NCBI GenBank assembly: GCA_005191425.1
Contig: SUPR01000001.1
Span: 30,001 to 62,000, forward strand
Length of the DNA: 32,000 nt
From: Candidatus Helarchaeota ASGARD archaeon Hel_GB_B
Lineage (GTDB): Archaea > Asgardarchaeota > Lokiarchaeia > Helarchaeales > HEL-GB-B
Direction of reading: 5' to 3'
Below, piece by piece: positions 9,094 through 17,870 of the stretch. Position 1 is the stretch's first letter. Each line of letters starts with the position of its first letter. The translations under genes and the position numbers were made by a program. The notes beneath the pieces were generated by a model. The model had not been told where the DNA came from, searched no databases, and worked only from the letters and a program-made list of their open reading frames with translations.

Positions 9094-10512
9094 TTGACGA
9101 TTACTATAATGAAATTTGGCGGAAGTTGTCTGAAAGACGCTGGTTCATTTAAAAAAACATTATCTGCAATTAAAAAATTTAAGAACGATAAATTAGTACT
9201 AGTTTGTTCAGCCCTTAATGGAGTTACTAATTATTTATTGGAAACAAGTTTAGAGATTGAAAACAGAACATATAAACCTGAAGAACGATTAGCTTTTTTA
9301 AGAAACAGACATATAGAACTTGCCAAAAATGTAATATCTAATAAAAAATTTTTGGAACAATGTATAAAATTTATTGAAAATTCACTTGAAAGGTTACAAA
9401 ATACATTATACGGAGTATACGAAATAGGTTCTACGACTCGCTCCACAGATTTTATACTCTCGTTCGGTGAGCGTTTATCGACATATATATTATATGAATT
9501 TTTGCAATCAAATAATTTTAAAGCAGAATACAAGAGCGCTGACAAGTTCATTTATACAAATATTGAGTATAAGAACCAATTGCCTTTATTTGAAAAAAGT
9601 AAAGAAGCAATTTTAGAAGAATTCAAAGAATCAATTAAAGATAGAATTTGTGTAGTAACAGGCTACATTTCAAGAAATATAAGAGGAAATGTAACAACTT
9701 TAGGAAGAGGAGGTAGCGACTTAACCGCGACGATATTAGGTTATAGCTTAAAAGATTTAGACACAGACATTAAAATAATTTTATGGAAAGATGTCCCAGG
9801 GCTTTTAACAGCAAATCCAAAAGTAGAAAACAAAGCGAGGCTCATTAAAACAATTTCTTTTGAAGAAGCGCGCGAAATGGCTTATTTTGGGTCAAAAGTT
9901 TTACACCCATTATGTATAATTCCGGCACAAAAAGCTGGAATTCCCATCGAATTACGAAACATTAATGACCAAAATTCTGAGATGTTTACTACAATAGGAA
10001 ATTTTAGGAGAGGCCCAGAAACGCATAAATTGCATCCCGTAAAAGCAATTACTTCATCTAATGCAGCAATGATTACTGTTAGTGGTGAAGCAATGGTATC
10101 ATTGCCAGGGACTGCAGCTCGAATATTTAATGTTATGGGAGATAATAATATTAATGTAATAATGATTTCACAAAGCTCGTCTGAAAATAATATTACATTT
10201 TTAGTAGAAGACAAGGAAAATGAAATATCTAAAGCAAAAACAGCTCTTGAAAATTCTGAATTTTTCGGAAAAAAATTTTTTGATATTAAAATTGATGATA
10301 ATGTTAGTTTAATAGCAGTAGTTGGACCAATGGCATATATCCCGGGTATTGCAGGAAAATTGTTTAGTTTAATGGGTGAAAATAAAATTAATATACGTGC
10401 TATAGCTCAAGGTAGCTCTGAATTAAATATTTCGTTCGTTATCGATAGAGACCAATGTCAGAAAGCAATTAAAATAATTCATGAAGGATTTGAATTATAT
10501 AAAGAAAATTAA
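9094..10512 (+). CDS. lysC: Aspartate kinase with two C-terminal ACT domains
   Basis: MKFGGS, LSFGERLS, TLGRGGSDLTA, WKDVPG, EMAYFGSKVLHP, SQSSSENNI, AQGSSELNIS. TTG start. Confidence 0.93.
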   Translation: MTITIMKFGGSCLKDAGSFKKTLSAIKKFKNDKLVLVCSALNGVTNYLLETSLEIENRTYKPEERLAFLRNRHIELAKNVISNKKFLEQCIKFIENSLERLQNTLYGVYEIGSTTRSTDFILSFGERLSTYILYEFLQSNNFKAEYKSADKFIYTNIEYKNQLPLFEKSKEAILEEFKESIKDRICVVTGYISRNIRGNVTTLGRGGSDLTATILGYSLKDLDTDIKIILWKDVPGLLTANPKVENKARLIKTISFEEAREMAYFGSKVLHPLCIIPAQKAGIPIELRNINDQNSEMFTTIGNFRRGPETHKLHPVKAITSSNAAMITVSGEAMVSLPGTAARIFNVMGDNNINVIMISQSSSENNITFLVEDKENEISKAKTALENSEFFGKKFFDIKIDDNVSLIAVVGPMAYIPGIAGKLFSLMGENKINIRAIAQGSSELNISFVIDRDQCQKAIKIIHEGFELYKEN

Positions 10513-10523
10513 GGGAGGAAAAA

Positions 10524-11099
10524 TTGCATATTAATACACATATTGCTCTTGGGATCATAATAACATTATTATACTCATATTTATTAAATCCCATATTTAT
10601 AGAAGTGTTTATCGTATTTTGTTTTAGCTTTTTAATTGATTTCGATTTTATACTATCAAAATATGCAAAAAATAGAAATCATCGAGTACTACCTACACAT
10701 GGAATAATGATTTATTTATTTCTAATCCCATTCGGTTTCTTATTACCAATTTTCTTTTTTTTAAGTGTTGCAGGTGTTGTTCATGTATTTATAGATTGTA
10801 TTGATTGGGGGACAGCCATATTAAGTCCCTTTTCTAAGAAGATCTATTTTGGAATACTCCCCAAACCACCTGAAAATATTATCTCTGAAAAATCGTTAAA
10901 TAAGAGGCAATGCTGGTTTACTTTAACATATTATAAATCAAAAATTTTAATGAGTATTGAAATAATCATTTTTATAATTTCAATTATTTCTATTATATTA
11001 ATCAATTTTTTTTATTGGTGGTTTTTAATTTTTTATTTTCTTTTTCTTTTTATTCATTTATTTTCTTTCTATAAATGTAAAAACTTAAAAGATAAATAG
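10524..11099 (+). CDS. Membrane-bound metal-dependent hydrolase-like protein (YdjM/DUF457-like)
   Basis: H-x-x-x-H at the N-terminus, DFD, HR-x-x-x-TH and H-x-x-x-D motifs between hydrophobic helices. GGGAGG at 10513-10518 supports the TTG start. Confidence 0.65.
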   Translation: MHINTHIALGIIITLLYSYLLNPIFIEVFIVFCFSFLIDFDFILSKYAKNRNHRVLPTHGIMIYLFLIPFGFLLPIFFFLSVAGVVHVFIDCIDWGTAILSPFSKKIYFGILPKPPENIISEKSLNKRQCWFTLTYYKSKILMSIEIIIFIISIISIILINFFYWWFLIFYFLFLFIHLFSFYKCKNLKDK

Positions 11100-11153
11100 A
11101 AAAGAGTCCAATTTATAGAATAATATTTTAAAAATATTTTTGAAGTGTAAATT

Positions 11154-11918
11154 ATGTTACATTCATTTCATGTTATTGAGAAAATAAGTGGAAGATCAAT
11201 TTTTTCTAAATTATTTAAAGAGTTATTGATAGATCCAGCACTATTAAGTGGGTTTCTTTCAGCTATGAATTCATTTGCAATGAGTGAATTAGCAGATAAG
11301 GGAATTGAAAATATTGATATGAAAAATATTCGTTGGGTTTATATTGATGATAAAGATTTATTATTTATTATTGGCGCAGATAAAGAAGATGAAGCAGAAA
11401 TGCTAAAGAACCAACTAAAAGTCCTCAAGGATTCTTTTATTGAGTTTTTTTACATCAAGGATGGGTTCAGTAATATCAACTGGGATGGTAATACAACTAT
11501 TTTCCAAGATTTTGAGCCTGTTTTGGAGGAAAATGTTAAGAGCTGGGAAGAAGCTAAAAAAGTAAAAAATGCAGCAGCATTAATGGACTTGCTAGATATT
11601 TATCAAAATTTATTTGCTAAGCTTGCATTATTTCCAGAAGCAAAACCACTTGATTTAGAAAATATCGATATCATGGAAATGGCATTTGATGAACAAAATG
11701 CATCATGGAACGTCCATAAATTAGCTAAATTAGATGAACAAGATTTAAGAGCGAAACTTAAGGACGTAATCAGTAAATTTGTAATAATTTTGCAAAAAAC
11801 TGCAAAAGATTATTATACCAAAATCAAGACCTTTGTTTTTCCATACATTAGAGAAGATTGGCAACGAATTAAAGATGCTAAAATGGACGAAGATATAATT
11901 AATTTATTCTTAACTTAG
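11154..11918 (+). CDS. Longin-like domain protein with helical C-terminal region (Asgard-type)
   Basis: N-terminal beta-beta-alpha pattern with SGRSIF and DPALLSGFLSAMNSFA, characteristic of Asgard longin-fold proteins. Confidence 0.7.
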   Translation: MLHSFHVIEKISGRSIFSKLFKELLIDPALLSGFLSAMNSFAMSELADKGIENIDMKNIRWVYIDDKDLLFIIGADKEDEAEMLKNQLKVLKDSFIEFFYIKDGFSNINWDGNTTIFQDFEPVLEENVKSWEEAKKVKNAAALMDLLDIYQNLFAKLALFPEAKPLDLENIDIMEMAFDEQNASWNVHKLAKLDEQDLRAKLKDVISKFVIILQKTAKDYYTKIKTFVFPYIREDWQRIKDAKMDEDIINLFLT

Positions 11919-12227
11919 ATAATTGATAATTAAATTAAGAAATTTCTTGTTAATTTTCATTAAAAATTTCATATATAATAACATTCTATAAATCCAATTA
12001 TATAATCAATTATCTTTCACGAAAAATTTATATAATTTTCTTTCATTATGCAAAAATTGTAATTAATATGAATAAATTTAATAAATCATAATTCAAATTT
12101 ATATTATCAAGATGAATGAAATCCAAATTTTACAAATTTTAAAATGGATTAGAGAAACGATAGCTCAATTCAAGAAAGAACCTAATTTTTTCTTTATTAA
12201 ATTTTTTTGACTTGGTGAAGATATTTA

Positions 12228-12914
12228 ATGAAAAAAAAATCAAAAGAAAATAATTTAAATAACGATAATAAAAAAGAAACCCATTTAAAGTTCATTAAAA
12301 AATGGAAAGAATATACAGAAGTTACTAATGCAGGGCCAATATATAGACGATTTTTTGTAAAAAATGGTTTTGATGGAGCTCTTACAATTTTAGGCGTTAT
12401 AATTGGCGCTTGGCTTGCAAATGGAGGTTTATGGGAAATACCCGCAAGTTTAATTTTTTCAGCCCAAGAAGTCCAATTTATAATATTGACAGGGCTTGGC
12501 GCTTCACTTTCAATGGGTATTTCAGGTCTTTGGGGTAGTTTTTTGACAGAATCTGCAGAAAGGAAAAAAGAATTGGATGATTTAGAAAAATCAATGGTAG
12601 TAACAAAAGGAAAATTTAAAAATACATATATTACTAGAGCTCAGCGTTTTGCAGCGATCTTTGCAGCTATAATAGATGGGGTCTCGCCAGCTATATTTGC
12701 AATAATTTGTTTGATTCCATTTTTTGTTGGGTTTTTCTTCCCCTTAGGATATTTTATTTTTATTGGTTCATTGATTCTAACATATTTGATGCTATTTTTA
12801 CTGGGAACTTTTCTTGGAAAAATATCTAAAAAGAACATTTTAATTTATGGCTTAAAAATGGCTTCTGCAGGAGTTGTTGTAGCACTTATTTTCATGTTTC
12901 TACCGACAGCATAA
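12228..12914 (+). CDS. VIT1/CCC1-family membrane transporter-like protein
   Basis: NGFDGALTILG, SMGISGLWGSFLTESAER and five hydrophobic helices. Confidence 0.8.
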   Translation: MKKKSKENNLNNDNKKETHLKFIKKWKEYTEVTNAGPIYRRFFVKNGFDGALTILGVIIGAWLANGGLWEIPASLIFSAQEVQFIILTGLGASLSMGISGLWGSFLTESAERKKELDDLEKSMVVTKGKFKNTYITRAQRFAAIFAAIIDGVSPAIFAIICLIPFFVGFFFPLGYFIFIGSLILTYLMLFLLGTFLGKISKKNILIYGLKMASAGVVVALIFMFLPTA

Positions 12915-13191
12915 TATCTATAATAATCAAAATTAATTATTTTTGACTTTTTACAAAATCCTATGCTTTAAAAATTAAACACTTTTCATTTTAATATTTT
13001 TTCACTATTTTTCCACCGCAATTCTCTATTTCTTTTAATACAAGTCCCATCCATCTTTCTAACATTTTTCTCCTATTTCCCCCTTTCAACATAATAAGAA
13101 AAACAGTCCCGAAATCTTTTAATAAAGTGGACGGGATAGAGGCGTTTGGGGTCACGCCAATATCTGTTCGTATAGAATAAAAATAAAATTT

Positions 13192-13218
13192 ATTTTCCTA
13201 TTATTAGCATAGGAAAAT
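13192..13218 (-). terminator. Stem-loop followed by a T-rich tract just downstream of thrH
   Basis: Perfect 10-bp stem ATTTTCCTAT/ATAGGAAAAT with a 7-nt loop, 16 nt past the thrH stop, followed on the minus strand by TTTTATTTTT. Confidence 0.45.
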
Positions 13219-13234
13219 GAATAAACCCTTATTT

Positions 13235-13846
13235 TTATATTTTTATGTCTAAATATTCTGAAATTAATTTTTTAAGTTCTGAATAGTTATTAGCTACTGG
13301 GAAATTTGGAAATTCTTTAACTACATTTGGAGGCGGACTAAAAAGAATACCAAACGTGGCATCAGATAACATTCCAATATCATTATATGAATCACCTATT
13401 GCAATTACTTTGTAATTCATTTGAAGTAGTGCGTTAACTGTTTTTCGTTTCATGTCATTTATTCTAATACGATAATTTTTGATCATTCCAGCATTATTTA
13501 CTTCAAGGTCATGACACAATAAAGTCGGATAGTTCATTTTTTTCATTAATAACATACCAAATTCAATAAAAGTATCAGAAACAATTAAAAATTGGGTATG
13601 TCTACGAAGCCATTCTATAAAATCAAGAGCACCTGGTAAAAGTTCCATTTCATTTATGATTTTTTGAATATCTTTTAGAGTGATATGACGCTCTTTTAAA
13701 ATTCTTATACGATTTTTCATTAATTCATCATAATCAGAAATATCTCTGGTCGTAAGTTTTAATTCCTCAATTCCAGTCTTCTTTGCAATATTGATCCAAA
13801 TTTCGGGAGTGAAAATGCCTTCAAGATCTAAGCAAATCATGAACAT
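13235..13846 (-). CDS. thrH: Bifunctional phosphoserine phosphatase / homoserine phosphotransferase (HAD family)
   Basis: CLDLEG..PEIW, TTRDI.DYD.LM, SDTF, PTLLCH and GDSYND match bacterial ThrH closely. The open frame extends to 13873; a start at 13846 or 13840 fits the family better. Confidence 0.92.
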   Translation of the reverse strand: MFMICLDLEGIFTPEIWINIAKKTGIEELKLTTRDISDYDELMKNRIRILKERHITLKDIQKIINEMELLPGALDFIEWLRRHTQFLIVSDTFIEFGMLLMKKMNYPTLLCHDLEVNNAGMIKNYRIRINDMKRKTVNALLQMNYKVIAIGDSYNDIGMLSDATFGILFSPPPNVVKEFPNFPVANNYSELKKLISEYLDIKI

Positions 13847-14008
13847 AATAATTAGGGATGATACAAAATTCATTTAAATGTTGCTTAAAAATATTCAGAT
13901 TGAAATTGATATTGATTATTATTAAAACAAATTATTTAAAAATTATTTATCAATTTAAGATTTATCTAAATAATAGTAAATTAAAATAAAAAAACTAAAA
14001 TCTGGTAA

Positions 14009-14515
14009 GTGGAAATTTTGAATGTAGAAATGGAATTGGAATTGGTAGATTCTCCGGGTCAACTAATAAAAATATTAGTACCAATTGGAAAGTTTGGTGG
14101 AAATATTATTAATATTTTTCATATTAGAGATCGCATAAAAAATAATTATGTTCCAGTTATTCTTAATTTTGATATCCCAGACATTAACAAATTAAATAAA
14201 ATAAAAGAAAAATTACAAGAAATTGGAATCAAAATTATTAGATTAGAAAGAGATGTCGGTGCATATAAAGGACATGTTATTCTTATTGGTCATGTATTTG
14301 ATTCAGATATTAATGATACAATAGATGAAGTAATTAATATTAACATTGAAAAAATTCAAATAAGAAAAATAAGTGCATTAATTAGAGACCCAAAGAAGCC
14401 ATCGTCCGTAAAATTTTTAATCCAAACAGAAACTGAAGATTTAATGGAAAAAGCATACCAGAAATTTGAAGAGATATCAAAACACAAAAATCTATTAATG
14501 ATCAAGGAACTTTAA
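14009..14515 (+). CDS. ACT-domain protein, archaeal putative allosteric partner of homoserine dehydrogenase
   Basis: ELVDSPGQL...GGNIINIFH, ILIGHVFDSDINDTID; lies 5 nt upstream of hom, the usual archaeal arrangement. Confidence 0.8.
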   Translation: MEILNVEMELELVDSPGQLIKILVPIGKFGGNIINIFHIRDRIKNNYVPVILNFDIPDINKLNKIKEKLQEIGIKIIRLERDVGAYKGHVILIGHVFDSDINDTIDEVININIEKIQIRKISALIRDPKKPSSVKFLIQTETEDLMEKAYQKFEEISKHKNLLMIKEL

Positions 14516-14520
14516 TAAAA

Positions 14521-15546
14521 ATGAAGGAATTTAAATTCATTATTATAGGATTTGGGACTGTAGGTCGGTCTTTAGCTAAATTGGTTGTTAAAAAAAATGA
14601 GCAATTTAAAAAGAAGTGGGGAATTAATCTCAAATGTGTTGCTATTTTTGAGTATAATGGCGCTTTTGTTGATGAAATAAATGGGCTCGATCTCAAGACC
14701 ATAGTTGATTTGCCCCCAAATGAATTTAGTTCATCTCCAAATTGGAAAAATGGTTATCTTGCAAATGACCACTTAAATTCAATTGATAGTAATATAGTCG
14801 TTGAATTGACTAAAACCAATATTAAAGATGCAGAGCCGGCTTATACATATATTAAAACATCACTGCTCAATAATAGAGATGTCGTGACTTCTAATAAAGG
14901 CCCATTATCATTATATTACCCAGAATTGATGAAAATAGTCAGCAGCAATAATAGACTGTTTAGGTTTGAAGCTTCTGTAGGGGGTATAATCCCAATTTTG
15001 GGGACTTATAAAAATTTGTTGCTGGCAAATAAAATAATAGCCATTTCAGGAATATTAAACGGGACATCTAATTACATTTTAACTAAAATGACACTTGAAA
15101 AAATACCATTTGATATCGCATTAAAAGAAGCTCAAGAAAATGGATATGCTGAAGCTGACCCTTCTTTAGACATTCAAGGTATTGATGCAGCCTCTAAGTT
15201 AGTAATCTTAGCAAATAGTATTTTAGGTTATGAATCCTCACTTTCAAATGTCAAAAGACAAGGGATTGATAAAATAACCCCTGAAGCAATAGAACTTGCA
15301 AGAGAAGAAAGATATGTAATCAAACATGTGGCAGTTGCAAGGGACGGAAAATTAGAAGTTGCGCCCAAATTAATTCCTGAAAATCATACCCTAAATATTA
15401 GTGGGACTAAAAACATTATCATATTAAAAACTGAAGAAGCTGGAGAAATTGTCCTTAGCGGAAGAGGAGCTGGCGGAATTGAAGCAGCTTCAGCTGTACT
15501 CTCCGATATTTTGTATATTTGTAAAACAAGAAAAAAAGAAATATAA
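14521..15546 (+). CDS. hom: Homoserine dehydrogenase
   Basis: GFGTVG, VVTSNKGP, FEASVGGIIP, GILNGTSNYIL, GYAEADPSLDIQGID, GRGAGG.EAASAV. Confidence 0.95.
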   Translation: MKEFKFIIIGFGTVGRSLAKLVVKKNEQFKKKWGINLKCVAIFEYNGAFVDEINGLDLKTIVDLPPNEFSSSPNWKNGYLANDHLNSIDSNIVVELTKTNIKDAEPAYTYIKTSLLNNRDVVTSNKGPLSLYYPELMKIVSSNNRLFRFEASVGGIIPILGTYKNLLLANKIIAISGILNGTSNYILTKMTLEKIPFDIALKEAQENGYAEADPSLDIQGIDAASKLVILANSILGYESSLSNVKRQGIDKITPEAIELAREERYVIKHVAVARDGKLEVAPKLIPENHTLNISGTKNIIILKTEEAGEIVLSGRGAGGIEAASAVLSDILYICKTRKKEI

Positions 15547-15561
15547 TTTAAAATTTATACT

Positions 15562-15969
15562 TTAAAATGGACTCTGTAGTGGATTATACCCAGTTAATCC
15601 TAATATGACATTATTTGTAATTACGATAAATAGAATTGTTAAGAAGGAAATTAAAACTGCTTTTTGCCACTCAATGTCCATAAGCCAATAGGTCAGGAAA
15701 ATCAGTATAAAAAAAGCAACATATGGACTTAGGTTCTGAAATAATTGAGTCATATAGGGAGGAATATAAATAGGTATCTGGTCTAGTGCCATTGCTAAAT
15801 ACGGGATTAATAATACAATGATAATTCCAAGTAATATAGAAACTGCAATTCGTCTTTTTGCTTTGTATTTGCCTGCAATTATAAGAACAGATAAATACAT
15901 AGCTAAAATAGCAATTACTATCATTACCGTCAAATATATTAAATTTACAATCCACTCTAATTGCATCAT
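15562..15969 (-). CDS. Small integral membrane protein (about 4 TM), unknown function
   Basis: Four hydrophobic segments; AGGTG ribosome-binding motif upstream. Confidence 0.65.
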   Translation of the reverse strand: MMQLEWIVNLIYLTVMIVIAILAMYLSVLIIAGKYKAKRRIAVSILLGIIIVLLIPYLAMALDQIPIYIPPYMTQLFQNLSPYVAFFILIFLTYWLMDIEWQKAVLISFLTILFIVITNNVILGLTGYNPLQSPF

Positions 15970-16200
15970 AAACTTTTACACCTAAATTTAAATTTTAATA
16001 TCAGTTATTAAAATTTTTTTTTAAAACGTTCAACACAATGTTTTAAAAATTCATATACAAATTTGGATTTAATTAGATTTTGAATATTCTTTTAAAAAAG
16101 ATTATAGTAAATTTTAGTATTTTATAAATTATGAGAAAACTTTAAATTTTTAGTTAAAAAAAAGTTTCTTAACCATAATAATAATAAAGGATTAATAAAA

Positions 16201-16779
16201 ATGGAAATTTTTGAGGTCTTAGATAGTGGAGAAACGCGCTTCTTGACAGTAAATACCGTTAAAGAAGCCCTTCGACCTGATAAAGTAATTATTATTTTAG
16301 ACCATGACAAAAAATCAGTTTATATTCACGTTGGTAAAAATGCTTCAACTCGTCTGAAGTTTTCAAGTGCGAGGTCTTCACGGTCAATACTTCAAGAACG
16401 AAATTTGGCTTATAGAGTTAAGACTATTGATGAAGAGGATCTACCATCATGGTTTGAGAGTATTACCAATAAGATAGTTAGAGATAATATAAGGGCTGAA
16501 CCCCCACCACTTGAAATTCTAAAAATATTAAGAAAAATAGAAAACGCAGAACCTATTGAAGGATATAAAAGTGAAGCTGCTATTGTTAAAAATAAATTTT
16601 ATAATTTAGAAACTACAGCTACTACAATTATGGGACAAAACCATTCTATTGAAAAATTTAAAGAAGTCCGAGATCTACCTGAGGGTTTTTATGTATTACC
16701 AAATACATATAAAGCAAGACTAATCATCGAAAAAGGTAAAGTTGTGGGAATTGAACTATTAAAAGAACGACCTACTTAA
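16201..16779 (+). CDS. Gelsolin-like domain + C-terminal domain X (Asgard 1DGelX-type putative actin regulator)
   Basis: KVIIILDHDKKSVYIHVGKNASTRLKFSSAR resembles the gelsolin core (hhLD...hYhWxGxxA). The C-terminal PPP...GY..E...LPEGF...Y..R...GKV..IELL resembles my recollection of the Asgard gelsolin X domain. Confidence 0.65.
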   Translation: MEIFEVLDSGETRFLTVNTVKEALRPDKVIIILDHDKKSVYIHVGKNASTRLKFSSARSSRSILQERNLAYRVKTIDEEDLPSWFESITNKIVRDNIRAEPPPLEILKILRKIENAEPIEGYKSEAAIVKNKFYNLETTATTIMGQNHSIEKFKEVRDLPEGFYVLPNTYKARLIIEKGKVVGIELLKERPT

Positions 16780-16924
16780 GATTAATTTTTATGCCCTTTT
16801 TTAAAATTTATTAATTTATTTTGATATTTATTAAATTAAACAAATTTATACCCCAAACTAATGGGATTTATGGATTAATTTTAATTTACTAATAATTGCC
16901 CAAGATTACATAAATTGAGAAATA

Positions 16925-17458
16925 ATGAGCGAAGAAATTTATAAATTTTTTGAGGAACTTGTCAGAGACTATAAAATTCTATTAGAATTAGTTCCAGTTA
17001 ATAATAACGCTATAAATATAATTACCCAATATTTCCCGCTTAATTTCGAGGCTAATTTTATAATATCTGACACTGGAGAAGAATTTTTTATTAGAATCTC
17101 CCCAGAATCCAATGTAATAAAGAAAAGAAGAAATCCATTTTCTATCATGACTATTATTACGGATAAAAATACCTTATTAAAGATAATTAGAAGACAAACT
17201 TCAATATTACGCGAATTTAATTTTCAAAATTTACATATATCTAATTTAAAACAAGTTTATATGTATCGAATTATTTTATTAGGGATGTTAATACAATCTA
17301 AAGCAGAATATGATAATAGAAGAAAAATTCTGCGGTTCTTACCAATTAAAATTATCAGAAATTTCTTGTTGATATTTTTAGAAGATAAATCATTTGTTCT
17401 TATTAAATTGATTTTAAAAAAATTAATTCCAAAAATTATGGGTATTCTAGTTAAATAA
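16925..17458 (+). CDS. Divergent SCP2-like lipid-binding protein with basic amphipathic C-terminus
   Basis: NFIISDTGEEFFIRI...MTIITDKNTLLKII pattern; adjacent to a clearer SCP2 gene. Confidence 0.45.
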   Translation: MSEEIYKFFEELVRDYKILLELVPVNNNAINIITQYFPLNFEANFIISDTGEEFFIRISPESNVIKKRRNPFSIMTIITDKNTLLKIIRRQTSILREFNFQNLHISNLKQVYMYRIILLGMLIQSKAEYDNRRKILRFLPIKIIRNFLLIFLEDKSFVLIKLILKKLIPKIMGILVK

Positions 17459-17477
17459 AATAAGATGATTAATAAAA

Positions 17478-17870
17478 ATGAGTGAATTATTTAACAAAAT
17501 AGAATTTTTCTGTCAAGCATACAAAAAGAATTCTAAAAAATTACTTAATTTTAAAATAGGGAGTATTTCTAACTATTATCCCCAGGGAATTAAAGTTAAT
17601 ATTATAGTATTAGACAATAAAATTGAAAATTATACCCTGTTAATATCAGATACTTCTTGTAAAGTTGTAAAAGGATTTTCTTCATCCCAATTAAATTTAT
17701 CAGCCCTACCAGATGTGTGGGACAAGATTTTTTCAGGTAAATACCGGGTAATTAAAGGAATTATGGAGGGTAAAATAAAAGTAAGGGGGATAAGGTCAAT
17801 GGTCAGTCCGTTGATAATATTATCATCATTATTTTATTTATATTCGGAGGATTTTGATAATAATGACTAA
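17478..17870 (+). CDS. SCP2 sterol/lipid-binding domain protein
   Basis: YTLLI...CKVVKG, WDKIFSG, KGIMEGKIKVRG match the SCP2 signature. Confidence 0.7.
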   Translation: MSELFNKIEFFCQAYKKNSKKLLNFKIGSISNYYPQGIKVNIIVLDNKIENYTLLISDTSCKVVKGFSSSQLNLSALPDVWDKIFSGKYRVIKGIMEGKIKVRGIRSMVSPLIILSSLFYLYSEDFDNND

